From contig DAMAFT010000001.1 of NCBI GenBank assembly GCA_031995805.1, positions 1 to 32,308 of the forward strand: a DNA stretch of 32,308 nt, written 5' to 3'. The position numbers and the translations under genes were made by a program. Origin of the DNA: Massilia sp. GTDB taxonomy: Bacteria > Pseudomonadota > Gammaproteobacteria > Burkholderiales > Burkholderiaceae_D. A model generated the notes under the pieces. That model made no database searches, was not told where the DNA came from, and was given only the letters and a program-made list of their open reading frames with translations. Below are positions 1-10,469 of this stretch, in pieces (position 1 is the stretch's first letter; the number at the start of each line of letters is the position of its first letter).

Positions 1-1037
1 CGCTCGACGCCAAGCACCCGGCCGGCAAGGAAGTGCTGGAAACCCTGATCCGCGACTGCGACGTGCTGGTCGAGAACTTCGCCCCCGGCGCGCTGGACCG
101 GATGGGCTTTTCCTGGGAGCGCATCCAGGAACTGAATCCGCGCATGATCGTCGCGTCCGTGAAGGGCTTCGGCCCCGGTCCGTACGAGCACTGCAAGGTG
201 TACGAGAACGTGGCGCAGTGCACCGGCGGCTCGGCGTCCACCACCGGCTTCGACGACGGCCCGCCGGTCGTCACCGGCGCCCAGATCGGCGACAGCGGCA
301 GCGGCCTGCACCTGGCCCTGGGCATCGTCACCGCCCTGTACCAGCGCAACGCCACCGGACGCGGCCAGCGCGTGCTGACGGCGATGCAGGACGCGGTGCT
401 GAACCTGTGCCGCGTCAAATTGCGCGACCAGCAGCGCCTCGAGCGCACCGGCGTGATGGAAGAATACCCGCAGTACGCGTTCGGCGAGTTCGGCAGTGCG
501 GTGCCGCGCGCCGGCAATGCGTCCGGCGGCGGCCAGCCGGGCTGGATCCTGAAGTGCAAGGGCTGGGAGGACGACCCCAACGCGTATATCTACTTCATCA
601 CCCAGGCCGCCGTGTGGCCGGCGATCTGCCGCGTCGTCGGGCGCGAGGAATGGATCACGCACCCCGATTTCGCCACCCCGCGCGCGCGCCTGCCGCGCCT
701 GATGGAGATCTTCGCCACCATCGAGGAGTGGACCAAGACGCTCACCAAGTTCGAGGTGATGGACATCCTCAACAAGTACGACATCCCGTGCGGTCCGATC
801 CTGTCGATGAAGGAGATCGCCGAGGAACCGTCGCTGCGCGCCACCGGCACCATCGTCGAGGTCGAGCATCCCGAGCGCGGCAGCTACCTCACGGTGGGCA
901 ACCCCATCAAGTTGTCGGACAGCCCCACCGAGGTGCGCCGCTCGCCGCTGCTGGGCGAGCACACCGACGAAGTGCTGGAGCAGCTGGGCTACAGCGCCGC
1001 CCAGATCGCCGCGCTGCGCGAGCAGCGCGCGATCTGA
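1..1037 (+). CDS. frc: Formyl-CoA:oxalate CoA-transferase (family III CoA-transferase), 5'-truncated by window edge
   Basis: The frame is open from base 3 ([13 protein letters not shown]...). Motifs: [19 protein letters not shown], catalytic Asp in [21 protein letters not shown], glycine loop [19 protein letters not shown]. Strongly similar to the second copy at 14513. Confidence 0.92.
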   Translation, partial: LDAKHPAGKEVLETLIRDCDVLVENFAPGALDRMGFSWERIQELNPRMIVASVKGFGPGPYEHCKVYENVAQCTGGSASTTGFDDGPPVVTGAQIGDSGSGLHLALGIVTALYQRNATGRGQRVLTAMQDAVLNLCRVKLRDQQRLERTGVMEEYPQYAFGEFGSAVPRAGNASGGGQPGWILKCKGWEDDPNAYIYFITQAAVWPAICRVVGREEWITHPDFATPRARLPRLMEIFATIEEWTKTLTKFEVMDILNKYDIPCGPILSMKEIAEEPSLRATGTIVEVEHPERGSYLTVGNPIKLSDSPTEVRRSPLLGEHTDEVLEQLGYSAAQIAALREQRAI

Positions 1038-1056
1038 CCACGTATCCGGACCGCCG

Positions 1057-1971
1057 TCAGCGCGCGCCGCGGGTCCAGTACCCCGGCTGCGCGTAGGCCA
1101 CCTTCAGCGCGTCGATGAACGCGCGCACGCGCGCCGGCAGGTGGCGCTGCTGCATGTAGACGGCCATGATGTCGTAGTCGGGCAGGGCGTAGTCGTCCAG
1201 CACCGTGATCAGTTCCCCGGCCTCCAGCTGCGCCTGGATCTCCCAGGTCGAGCGCCAGGCCAGCCCCAGTCCCTCGCTGGCCCAGCGGTGCAGCAATTCC
1301 CCGTCGTTGCAGTCGAGCTGGCCGTCCACCTTGACGGTGACCGGCTTGCCGTCCTTCTGGAAGTACCAGCCGCGCTGCTGCCCGCCCTGCAGGTTGAAGG
1401 CGAGGCAGTTGTGACGCGCCAGGTCGTCCAGCGTGCGCGGGATGCCGCAGCGCTCGAAATAGGCCGGCGTGCCGCATACCACGCGCCGGTTCGAGGCCAG
1501 CCGCACGGCGACGAAGCTGGGGTCGAGCACGCCGCCGATGCGGATGCCCAGCTCGTAGCCTTCGCGCACCAGGTCGACCACCTGGTCGGTGAGGTTGAAC
1601 GAGATCCGCACCTTCGGATGCGCGGCCAGGAACGGCGGCGCGTGCGGCGCCACGTGCAGCCGGCCGAACGCGGCCGGGGCCGACACGATCAGGTGGCCGC
1701 TGGCCTCGCCGCGTCCTTCGGACACGATGGTCTCGGCGGTCTCGAGATCCGCCAGCAGCTTGCGGCAATGTTCGAGGAACAGCGTACCCGCTTCCGTCAG
1801 CGCCAGGTGGCGCGTGGTCCGGTGCAGCAGCTTGACGCCCAGGCGCCGCTCCAGCGCATCGATGCGCCGGCCCAGCATGACGGGCGTCACGTGCTGCGCC
1901 AGCGCGGCGCGCGCCAGGCTGCCCTGGTCGACGGCGTCGACGAAAGCGCTCATCTCCTTGATCTTGTCCAT
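1057..1971 (-). CDS. LysR-family transcriptional regulator (CrgA-like), divergent from gcl
   Basis: N-terminal HTH (GSLARAA...[23 protein letters not shown]) followed by a substrate-binding domain. Start placed at MDKIKEM (ATG 1971). Confidence 0.92.
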   Translation of the reverse strand: MDKIKEMSAFVDAVDQGSLARAALAQHVTPVMLGRRIDALERRLGVKLLHRTTRHLALTEAGTLFLEHCRKLLADLETAETIVSEGRGEASGHLIVSAPAAFGRLHVAPHAPPFLAAHPKVRISFNLTDQVVDLVREGYELGIRIGGVLDPSFVAVRLASNRRVVCGTPAYFERCGIPRTLDDLARHNCLAFNLQGGQQRGWYFQKDGKPVTVKVDGQLDCNDGELLHRWASEGLGLAWRSTWEIQAQLEAGELITVLDDYALPDYDIMAVYMQQRHLPARVRAFIDALKVAYAQPGYWTRGAR

Positions 1972-1978
1972 GTCATCA

Positions 1979-2005
1979 GTATTCCATACCACAGGTATCG
2001 AATAC
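1979..2005. promoter_or_regulatory. Palindromic operator, likely LysR site
   Basis: GTATTC-C-ATACC-aca-GGTAT-C-GAATAC has 11 of 12 symmetric positions. Centre 1992 is about 66 bp upstream of the predicted gcl transcription start. Confidence 0.6.
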
Positions 2006-2022
2006 ACCGATTTTTTGTGGGC

Positions 2023-2051
2023 TTATCAAGGCCGTTGCAACGTCCTAGCAT
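2023..2051 (+). promoter_or_regulatory. Putative sigma70 promoter of the gcl operon
   Basis: TTATCA-N17-TAGCAT. It is followed by a 5'UTR hairpin TGCAATGC-N7-GCATTGCA (2068-2090) and a GGAGG RBS (2104-2108). Confidence 0.45.
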
Positions 2052-2112
2052 GACGCATCGATTCTCGTGCAATGCATCGCGCGCATTGCATCCACCTTTT
2101 GCCGGAGGAATG

Positions 2113-3855
<1,743 letters not shown>

Positions 3856-3871
3856 GCACCGAGGAGACGAC

Positions 3872-4648
3872 ATGAAGCTGGCCGCCAACCTGACGATGCT
3901 GTTCACCGAATTCGATTTCCTCGAGCGTTTCGAGAAGGCCGCCCAGGCCGGCTTTCGCGGCGTCGAATTCCTGTTCCCCTATGCCTGGCCGGCGCGCCAG
4001 ATCGCCGAGAAGCTCGATGCGCACCGCCTGGAACTGGTGCTGCACAACCTGCCGGCCGGCGACTGGGCCGCGGGCGAGCGCGGCATCGCCTGCCATCCGG
4101 CGCGGCGCGGCGAGTTCGAGGAAGGCGTCTCGGTCGCCATCGCCTATGCGCTGGCGCTGGGCGTCAAGCAGCTGAACTGCCTGGCCGGCATCGTGCCGCC
4201 CGGCGTGAGCCGCGACGCGGCGCACGACACGCTGGTGGCCAACCTGGCCTTCGCCGCGCGGCGCCTGAAGGAGGCGGGCCTGGCCCTGCTGGTCGAGCCG
4301 ATCAATACCTTCGACATTCCCGGCTTCTTCCTGACCGGCACCCGCCAGGCGCTGGACGTCATCCGCGCGACCGGCGCCGACAACCTGTTCCTGCAGTACG
4401 ACATCTACCACATGCAGCGCATGGAGGGCGAGCTGGCCGCCACCATCGAGGCCAACCTGGCGTCGATCCGCCACATCCAGCTGGCCGACAACCCGGGCCG
4501 CCACGAGCCGGGCACCGGCGAGATCAACTACCGCTACCTGTTCGACCGCCTGGACCGTATCGGCTACACCGGCTGGGTCGGCTGCGAGTACAAGCCGCGC
4601 ACCACGACGTACGACGGCCTGGACTGGCTGGTGCGGCACGGCGTCTGA
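3872..4648 (+). CDS. hyi: Hydroxypyruvate isomerase
   Basis: AANLTMLFTE, VEFLFPY, LVEPIN, YDIYHMQ, HIQLADNPGRHEPGTGEINY, GCEYKP. Follows gcl; GAGGAG RBS. Confidence 0.95.
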   Translation: MKLAANLTMLFTEFDFLERFEKAAQAGFRGVEFLFPYAWPARQIAEKLDAHRLELVLHNLPAGDWAAGERGIACHPARRGEFEEGVSVAIAYALALGVKQLNCLAGIVPPGVSRDAAHDTLVANLAFAARRLKEAGLALLVEPINTFDIPGFFLTGTRQALDVIRATGADNLFLQYDIYHMQRMEGELAATIEANLASIRHIQLADNPGRHEPGTGEINYRYLFDRLDRIGYTGWVGCEYKPRTTTYDGLDWLVRHGV

Positions 4649-4673
4649 CCACCTTCAACGACGAGGAGACATC

Positions 4674-5585
4674 ATGGACAAAGTAGGATTCATCGGCCTG
4701 GGCATCATGGGCGGCCCCATGGCCGGACACCTGCAGGCGGGCGGCTGCAAGCTCTACCTGCACGACGTGAAGAACCCGCCGCTGGCGCTGGTCGAGGGTG
4801 GCGCCACCGTCTGCACCAATGCGGCGGAGGTGGCCAAGCGCGCCGACGTCGTCATCGTGATGGTGCCCGACACGCCGCAGGTGGAAGAGGTGCTGTTCGG
4901 CGACCACGGCGTCGCCGCGGCGCTCACGCCCGGCAAGATCGTGGTGGACATGAGTTCCATCTCTCCGCTGGCCACCAAGGAATTCGCGAAGAAGATCAAC
5001 AAGCGCAGCTGCGACTACATCGACGCGCCCGTCTCCGGCGGCGAGGTGGGCGCAAAGGCGGCCTCGCTGACGATCATGGCGGGCGGTTCCCAGGAAGCGT
5101 TCGAGCGGGTGCTGCCGCTGTTCCGGATGATGGGCAAGAACATCACGCTGGTGGGCGCCAACGGCGACGGCCAGACGGCCAAGGTGGCGAACCAGATCAT
5201 CGTGGCGCTGACGATCCAGGCGGTGTCCGAGGCGCTGCTGTTCGCGTCGAAGGCGGGCGCCGACCCGGGCCGCGTGCGCGCGGCGCTGATGGGCGGCTTC
5301 GCGGCGTCGCGCATCCTCGAGGTGCACGGCGAGCGCATGGTCAAGCGCACGTTCGCGCCGGGGTTCCGTATCGCGCTACACCAGAAGGACCTGAACCTGG
5401 CGCTGCAGGGCGCGAAGAGCCTGGGCGTGGCGCTGCCCAACACGGCGGCCGTGCAGGAGCTGATGAACTCGTGCGCCGCGCACGGGCTGGCGCAGCTGGA
5501 CCACTCGGCGCTGTGCCAGGCGATCGAGCGCATGTCCAACCACGCGATCGCGGCGGCAGAAACGGCCGCGCCGGCGTCGCCATGA
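4674..5585 (+). CDS. glxR: 2-hydroxy-3-oxopropionate (tartronate semialdehyde) reductase
   Basis: GFIGLGIMG Rossmann motif, DAPVSGGEVGA, KVANQIIVA, FRIALHQKDL. gcl-hyi-glxR synteny. Confidence 0.95.
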   Translation: MDKVGFIGLGIMGGPMAGHLQAGGCKLYLHDVKNPPLALVEGGATVCTNAAEVAKRADVVIVMVPDTPQVEEVLFGDHGVAAALTPGKIVVDMSSISPLATKEFAKKINKRSCDYIDAPVSGGEVGAKAASLTIMAGGSQEAFERVLPLFRMMGKNITLVGANGDGQTAKVANQIIVALTIQAVSEALLFASKAGADPGRVRAALMGGFAASRILEVHGERMVKRTFAPGFRIALHQKDLNLALQGAKSLGVALPNTAAVQELMNSCAAHGLAQLDHSALCQAIERMSNHAIAAAETAAPASP

Positions 5586-6523
5586 CCACGCTGGTGCTGT
5601 CCCACCCGGCCTGCCTGGAACACCGGCCGGGCCCGTCGCATCCGGAGTCGCCGCAGCGCCTGCACGCGGTGCTGGAAGCGCTGCGCCGGCCCGGCTTCGA
5701 GACCCTGGCGTGGCGCAGCGCGCCGATGGGCACGCGCGAGCAGGTGCTGCGCGTGCACGACGCCGATTACGTCGACGGGATCGCCGCACTGGCGCCGCGG
5801 GCGCCGGACGACGGCCTGGTGGCGCTGGACGGCGGCGACACCGTGATGTCGCCCGGTTCCTGGGATGCGGTGATGGCCTGCGTGGGCGCCGCCTGCGCCG
5901 GCGTGGACGCCGTGCTGGCGGGCGAGGCGGACAACGTGTTCTGCGCCACCCGGCCCTGCGGCCACCACGCCGAGCCGGACCGGGCGATGGGCTTCTGCAT
6001 CTTCAACCAGGTCGCCGTCGCCGCCGTGCACGCGCTGGAATCCCACGGCCTGGAACGCGTCGCCGTGCTCGACTTCGATGTCCACCACGGCAACGGCACC
6101 CAGGCCGCGTTCTACCACCGCCCGCAACTGTTCTTCGGCTCCAGCCACCAGTCGCCGCTGTATCCGGGCACCGGGGCGGCGCGCGAGCGCGGCGCCAGCG
6201 GCAACGTCGTCAACGTGCCGCTGCCGCCCGGCTGCGGGTCGGCCATGTTCCGCGCGCGCGTGGCGCAGGAGCTGCTGCCGGCGCTGCGCGCCTTCGCGCC
6301 GCAGCTGATCCTGGTGTCGGCCGGCTTCGACGCGCACCGGCTCGATCCGCTGGCGCAGATGGCGCTGGAAGACGAGGACTTCGGCTGGATCACGGAGCAG
6401 GTGATGGCGATCGCCCTGGACGTGTGCGGCGGCCGCATCGTGTCCGTGCTCGAGGGCGGCTACAGCGGCGCCGGTCTGGCCGGCGGCTGCGCCGCGCACG
6501 TGCGCGCGCTGATGCGGCACTGA
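5582..6523 (+). CDS. Zn-dependent histone deacetylase family (amidohydrolase) protein
   Basis: HPESPQRL, RPCGHHA, GFCIFN, DFDVHHGNGTQ, SAGFDAH, LEGGY. ATG overlaps the glxR stop (ATGA). Confidence 0.93.
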   Translation: MTTLVLSHPACLEHRPGPSHPESPQRLHAVLEALRRPGFETLAWRSAPMGTREQVLRVHDADYVDGIAALAPRAPDDGLVALDGGDTVMSPGSWDAVMACVGAACAGVDAVLAGEADNVFCATRPCGHHAEPDRAMGFCIFNQVAVAAVHALESHGLERVAVLDFDVHHGNGTQAAFYHRPQLFFGSSHQSPLYPGTGAARERGASGNVVNVPLPPGCGSAMFRARVAQELLPALRAFAPQLILVSAGFDAHRLDPLAQMALEDEDFGWITEQVMAIALDVCGGRIVSVLEGGYSGAGLAGGCAAHVRALMRH

Positions 6524-6533
6524 CGGACCGGCG

Positions 6534-7472
6534 TCACGCCTGGCGCTGGCGCTGCGCCGCCGGGATCAGCGCCGCGATGCGCTGCGCGCCCTCGTCCAGC
6601 AGGAACGCGCGGAACGCGCGCGCCACCGGCGGCAGGCGCTTTTCGCGGCGGTGCACCACGTACCAGTTCAGCATCAGCGGAAAGCCGTCCGCCGGCAGCA
6701 CCACGAGGCTGCCGTCCGCCAGTTCGCGCCCGATCGTGTGCGCGGACAGGAAGCCCAGGCCGATGCCGGCGATGACGGCCTGCTTGATCGTCTCCGTGCT
6801 GCGGATCGACATCGCCACGCGGATGCTGTCCATGCGCGCGCCGAACGCATCTTCCATCGACTGCCAGGTATCCGAGCCGCGCTCGCGCACCACGAAGGGG
6901 TGGCGCAGCAGTTCGTCCATGCCGATGCGCGCCTGCCCCGCCAGCGGGTGCTCCGGGGCCGCCACGATCACGTAGGGATGCGGGGCGAAGGCGTCGCTGT
7001 GCATGTCCTCGTGGGCCGGCGGGCGCACCATCACGGCCAGGTCGGTGCGGTTCTCGGCCAGCTGGCCCAGCAGCTCCTCGCGGTTGTGCACGGTCAGGTT
7101 CAGCTGCACGCCCGGATGGCGCCGCGCGAACGCCACCATCAGCTGCGGGAAAAAATAGTCGCCGGCGCTGATCACGGCCACGTTCAGCTGGCCGCCCTCG
7201 ATGCCGCGGTACTGCGCCATGGCCGTGTCGGCCGCCTCGAACTGCTGGATGATGGCGCGCGCGAAGCGCAGCAATTCGTCGCCGGCCTGCGTCAGATAGG
7301 TCTTCTTCCCCAGCTGCTCGAACAGCGGCAATCCGACGTGGCCTTCGAGCGTGCGCACCTGCGTCGACACCGCCGGCTGCGTCAGGTGCAGCTCTGCTGC
7401 GGCGCGGGAAAAACTGAGGTGACGAGCAACTGCCTCGAAGACTTTAAGTTGGCGCAGCGTGGCGTTCTTCAT
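6534..7472 (-). CDS. LysR-family regulator, CbbR-like
   Basis: MKNATLRQLKVFEAVARHLSFSRAAAELHLTQPAVS HTH. RERGSDT and STETIKQAVIAGIGLGFLSAHT are typical of the CbbR subfamily. Confidence 0.92.
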   Translation of the reverse strand: MKNATLRQLKVFEAVARHLSFSRAAAELHLTQPAVSTQVRTLEGHVGLPLFEQLGKKTYLTQAGDELLRFARAIIQQFEAADTAMAQYRGIEGGQLNVAVISAGDYFFPQLMVAFARRHPGVQLNLTVHNREELLGQLAENRTDLAVMVRPPAHEDMHSDAFAPHPYVIVAAPEHPLAGQARIGMDELLRHPFVVRERGSDTWQSMEDAFGARMDSIRVAMSIRSTETIKQAVIAGIGLGFLSAHTIGRELADGSLVVLPADGFPLMLNWYVVHRREKRLPPVARAFRAFLLDEGAQRIAALIPAAQRQRQA

Positions 7473-7485
7473 CAAGGCTCCGATG

Positions 7486-7533
7486 TATCAGCGATCCCTA
7501 ATGATAAGCCCTAAAAACTTTAAATTTTTCTAA
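7486..7533. promoter_or_regulatory. AT-rich divergent control region with CbbR-type boxes
   Basis: TATCA-N11-TGATA inverted repeat (7486-7506). Two TNA-N7-TNA motifs: TGA-taagccc-TAA (7502-7514) and TAA-atttttc-TAA (7521-7533). Candidate -10 TACTAT at 7548-7553. Confidence 0.5.
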
Positions 7534-7590
7534 TTATATAAATCGCCTACTATCGCTTGGCAGCTCGTCCACAACCACATTGGAGGAAGC

Positions 7591-7914
7591 ATGACACAGA
7601 CCGTCCACGCCGACGCCGGCGCCGATGCGCAGGTCCGCCGCAATGCCTACAACGCCGCCTTCCACGAACTCGGATTGAACTGGTTCTGGGACGCCGCCTT
7701 CGACGTGCCGTGCGCCGCCGGCGAGCGCGAATGCGTGCGCGACTACCTGGTGCAGCACCAGCCGCACCTGCTCAAGGCCTACGACGCCGACTTCCTCGTC
7801 GACGCCATCCTGGCCGCCAAGGAGCGCTGCGCGCCGCAGATGACGGCGCCCGGCTGCAACCCGTCCGCCGCCATCGACTGGCGCGCGCTGCGCCAGTCCC
7901 AGGTCGGCGTCTGA
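7591..7914 (+). CDS. Small hypothetical protein resembling an N-terminal segment of CbbY (HAD family)
   Basis: GGAGG RBS and high-GC3 codon usage. RRNAYNAAFHELGLNWFWD resembles the CbbY HRxAFNxAFxxxGLxWxWD segment. No DxD catalytic motif; 107 aa. Confidence 0.75.
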   Translation: MTQTVHADAGADAQVRRNAYNAAFHELGLNWFWDAAFDVPCAAGERECVRDYLVQHQPHLLKAYDADFLVDAILAAKERCAPQMTAPGCNPSAAIDWRALRQSQVGV

Positions 7915-7944
7915 ACGCCGCGCAGTCCAGCGAATTTTCGATTC

Positions 7945-7958
7945 TTAACCGCGGTCAA
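7945..7958. promoter_or_regulatory. Crp/Fnr-type site upstream of the antiporter operon
   Basis: TTAACC-gc-GGTCAA, matching the site at 12573. Candidate -10 CACAAT at 7981-7986 gives class II spacing. Confidence 0.65.
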
Positions 7959-8109
7959 GGATATGGCAAATCCGATCTTCCACAATCGGCCCATCTGTTG
8001 AACTTTACATAAGCGGAGCGCATGCCGGACCCGACCGGCGGCCACGACAACAAACGGTTCCAGAATCCTTTTCGGTAGCTTTCGTGAACCCCTATCTGGA
8101 GACAAGGTC

Positions 8110-8211
8110 ATGAGCAACCCTTCGTACCGCAACGCCAGCGGCCCCCGCCTTCATGCAGCCGATCCGCCCCACCCGCCCGACCTTCGGGCCCGGGGCAGAC
8201 CCCGGGCCTGA
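8110..8211 (+). CDS. Putative 33-aa leader/small ORF (MSNPSYRNASGPRLHAADPPHPPDLRARGRPRA)
   Basis: Preceded by GGAGAC, the same RBS form used by oxc, hyi, glxR, frc and oxlT. Ends in a 9-bp hairpin GGCCCGGGG-caga-CCCCGGGCC (8187-8208). Confidence 0.35.
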   Translation: MSNPSYRNASGPRLHAADPPHPPDLRARGRPRA

Positions 8212-8262
8212 GCAACCGCACCACATCCAAGCGCAAAAAAATCAAAGCAACGGAGACATCGC

Positions 8263-9609
8263 ATGAAAACCGAAACGCCGGCAATCGAAAGGCCAGCATC
8301 CTTCCGCTGGATGCAACTGATCATGGGCATCATCTGCATGGCCATGATCGCCAACCTGCAATACGGCTGGACCCTGTTCGTCAATCCGCTGTCCGAGGCC
8401 CACGGCTGGTCCAAGGCGGCCATCCAGGTGGCATTCACCATCTTCATCCTCACCGAGACCTGGCTCGTTCCCATCGAAGGCTGGGCCGTCGACAAATGGG
8501 GTCCGCGTCCCGTCGTGCTGTTCGGCGGCCTGCTGTGCGCGATCGGCTGGGTGATGAACGCCTTCGCTTCTACGCTTTTTGTCCTGTACGTCGCCGCCGC
8601 CATCAGCGGCATCGGCGCGGGCGCCGTGTACGGCACCTGCGTGGGCTCGGCCCTGAAATGGTTCCCCGACCGGCGCGGCCTGGCGGCGGGCCTGACGGCG
8701 GCCGGCTTCGGCGCCGGCTCGGCGGCCACGATCATCCCGATCTCGATGATGATCGAAAGCCGCGGCTATGCCGACACCTTCCTGTACTTCGGCCTGGGCC
8801 AGGGCCTGGTCGTGATGCTGCTGGCCGCCATGATGGTGCGGCCGCCGCACCATGCCGCCAAGGTGGCCAAGAAGAAGAACCCCAACGTGCTGCAGACCAC
8901 GGCCGACTTCACCCCGTCCCAGATGGTGCGCAAGCCGGTGTTCTGGGTGATGTACGTGATGTTCGTGCTGGTCGCCGCCGGCGGCCTGATGGCCACCGCG
9001 CAGATGGGTCCGATCGCCAAGGACTTCGCGATCGACGGCGTCAAGTTCAACGTCATGGGCATGATCCTGCCGGCGCTGACGTTCGCCCTGGCGATCGACC
9101 GCGTGCTGAACGGCCTGACGCGGCCCTTCTTCGGCTGGGTGTCCGACCAGATCGGCCGCGAGAAGACCATGTTCGTCGCCTTCGCGCTGGAATCGGTCGG
9201 CATCATCGCCCTGTACTACCTGGGCCGCGACCCGATCATGTTCGTGATCCTGACCGGCCTGGTGTTCTTCGCCTGGGGCGAGATCTACAGCCTGTTCCCG
9301 GCCACCACCGCCGACACCTTCGGCACCCGCAACGCCGCCGGCAACGCGGGCCTGATGTACACCGCCAAGGGCACGGCCTCGATCTTCGTGCCGATCTCCA
9401 GCGTGATCACGGCCGCCAGCGGCAGCTGGGAAGCGGTGTTCTTCGTCGGTTGCGGCATGAACGCGGTGGCCGCCATCCTGGCCTGGTGGGTGCTGCGCCC
9501 GATGCGCAAGCGCTTCATCGAGGAATCGATCGGCATCGTCAGCGTGGCCGAGGGCGAGCACGTGCCGGGCAGCGCCGCCGCGCCGACGTCCCCGCGCATG
9601 GTCAACTGA
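8263..9609 (+). CDS. oxlT: Oxalate/formate antiporter family (OFA) MFS transporter
   Basis: About 12 TM helices. ANLQYGWTLFV, KWFPDRRGLAAGL, NGLTRPFFGWVSDQIGRE, WGEIYSLFPA, YTAKG (conserved Lys). Located in the oxalate cluster. Confidence 0.9.
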   Translation: MKTETPAIERPASFRWMQLIMGIICMAMIANLQYGWTLFVNPLSEAHGWSKAAIQVAFTIFILTETWLVPIEGWAVDKWGPRPVVLFGGLLCAIGWVMNAFASTLFVLYVAAAISGIGAGAVYGTCVGSALKWFPDRRGLAAGLTAAGFGAGSAATIIPISMMIESRGYADTFLYFGLGQGLVVMLLAAMMVRPPHHAAKVAKKKNPNVLQTTADFTPSQMVRKPVFWVMYVMFVLVAAGGLMATAQMGPIAKDFAIDGVKFNVMGMILPALTFALAIDRVLNGLTRPFFGWVSDQIGREKTMFVAFALESVGIIALYYLGRDPIMFVILTGLVFFAWGEIYSLFPATTADTFGTRNAAGNAGLMYTAKGTASIFVPISSVITAASGSWEAVFFVGCGMNAVAAILAWWVLRPMRKRFIEESIGIVSVAEGEHVPGSAAAPTSPRMVN

Positions 9610-9684
9610 CCCGGCGCCGTACTACCCGCGTGCGGCCCCGCGCCGCACGCGCGGACACGACAACATCCCTGAAAGAGGCATCCC

Positions 9685-10452
9685 ATGATCCAGCGCTGGA
9701 TACGCTTCCTGCATCTCGACACGGTACGCTTCGGCACGCTCGAGGGCGACAAGATCCGCGTCTTCAAGGGCGACATGTTCGACAGCCCGAGCCGTACCGA
9801 CATCGCGATCAACCTGGCCGAGGTGACGGTGCTCACGCCCGTCGTGCCCGGCAAGGTGCTGGCAATGTGGAACAATTTTCATGCGCTGGGCAAGAAGCTC
9901 GGCCTGGCCCCGCCGCCCGAACCGCTGTACCTGATGAAGCCGCCGACCTCCTGGCTGGCGCCGGGCGGGACGATCCGCAAGCCGCGGATCGACGCCAAGG
10001 TGGCGTTCGAGGGCGAGCTGGCGATCGTGATCGGCAGTACCTGCAGCGGGGTCTCGGTGGAAAACGCGCCGGACCACATCTTCGGCTATACCTGCGCCAA
10101 CGACGTCACGGTGGGCGAACTCATCAACCGCGACCCGACCTTCCCGCAGTGGGTGCGCGCCAAGGGCTTCGACACCTTCTGCCCGTTCGGCCCCGTGATC
10201 GCCACCGGGTTGAACCCGGCGATGCTGGTCGTGCGCACCATCCTGAACGGCGAGGTGCGCCAGGACTATCCGATCAACGACATGGTGTTCAGCGTGACCC
10301 AGCTGGTCAGCATGATTTCGCAGGACATGACATTGGAGCCGGGCGACCTCCTGCTGTGCGGGACGTCGGTCGGCGTGGGCTCGATGCGCCCGGGTAGCAA
10401 GATCGAGGTCGAGATCGACGGCATCGGCACGCTCAGCAACCGTTTCGAGTAA
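9685..10452 (+). CDS. Fumarylacetoacetate hydrolase family protein
   Basis: FEGELAIVIG, GYTCANDVT, RAKGFDTFCPFGP, TLEPGDLLLCGT. Confidence 0.92.
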   Translation: MIQRWIRFLHLDTVRFGTLEGDKIRVFKGDMFDSPSRTDIAINLAEVTVLTPVVPGKVLAMWNNFHALGKKLGLAPPPEPLYLMKPPTSWLAPGGTIRKPRIDAKVAFEGELAIVIGSTCSGVSVENAPDHIFGYTCANDVTVGELINRDPTFPQWVRAKGFDTFCPFGPVIATGLNPAMLVVRTILNGEVRQDYPINDMVFSVTQLVSMISQDMTLEPGDLLLCGTSVGVGSMRPGSKIEVEIDGIGTLSNRFE

Positions 10453-10469
10453 CCATCAGGGAGTGTGTC

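Noticed and set aside
1141..2112. 904-aa ORF suggesting an N-terminally extended or fused Gcl
   Set aside because: The first 324 codons are the antisense of the LysR gene and the intergenic spacer. The real gcl start with an RBS is at 2113.
6534..7914. Calvin-cycle (cbb) operon
   Set aside because: No RuBisCO, phosphoribulokinase or other cbb gene is in the window.
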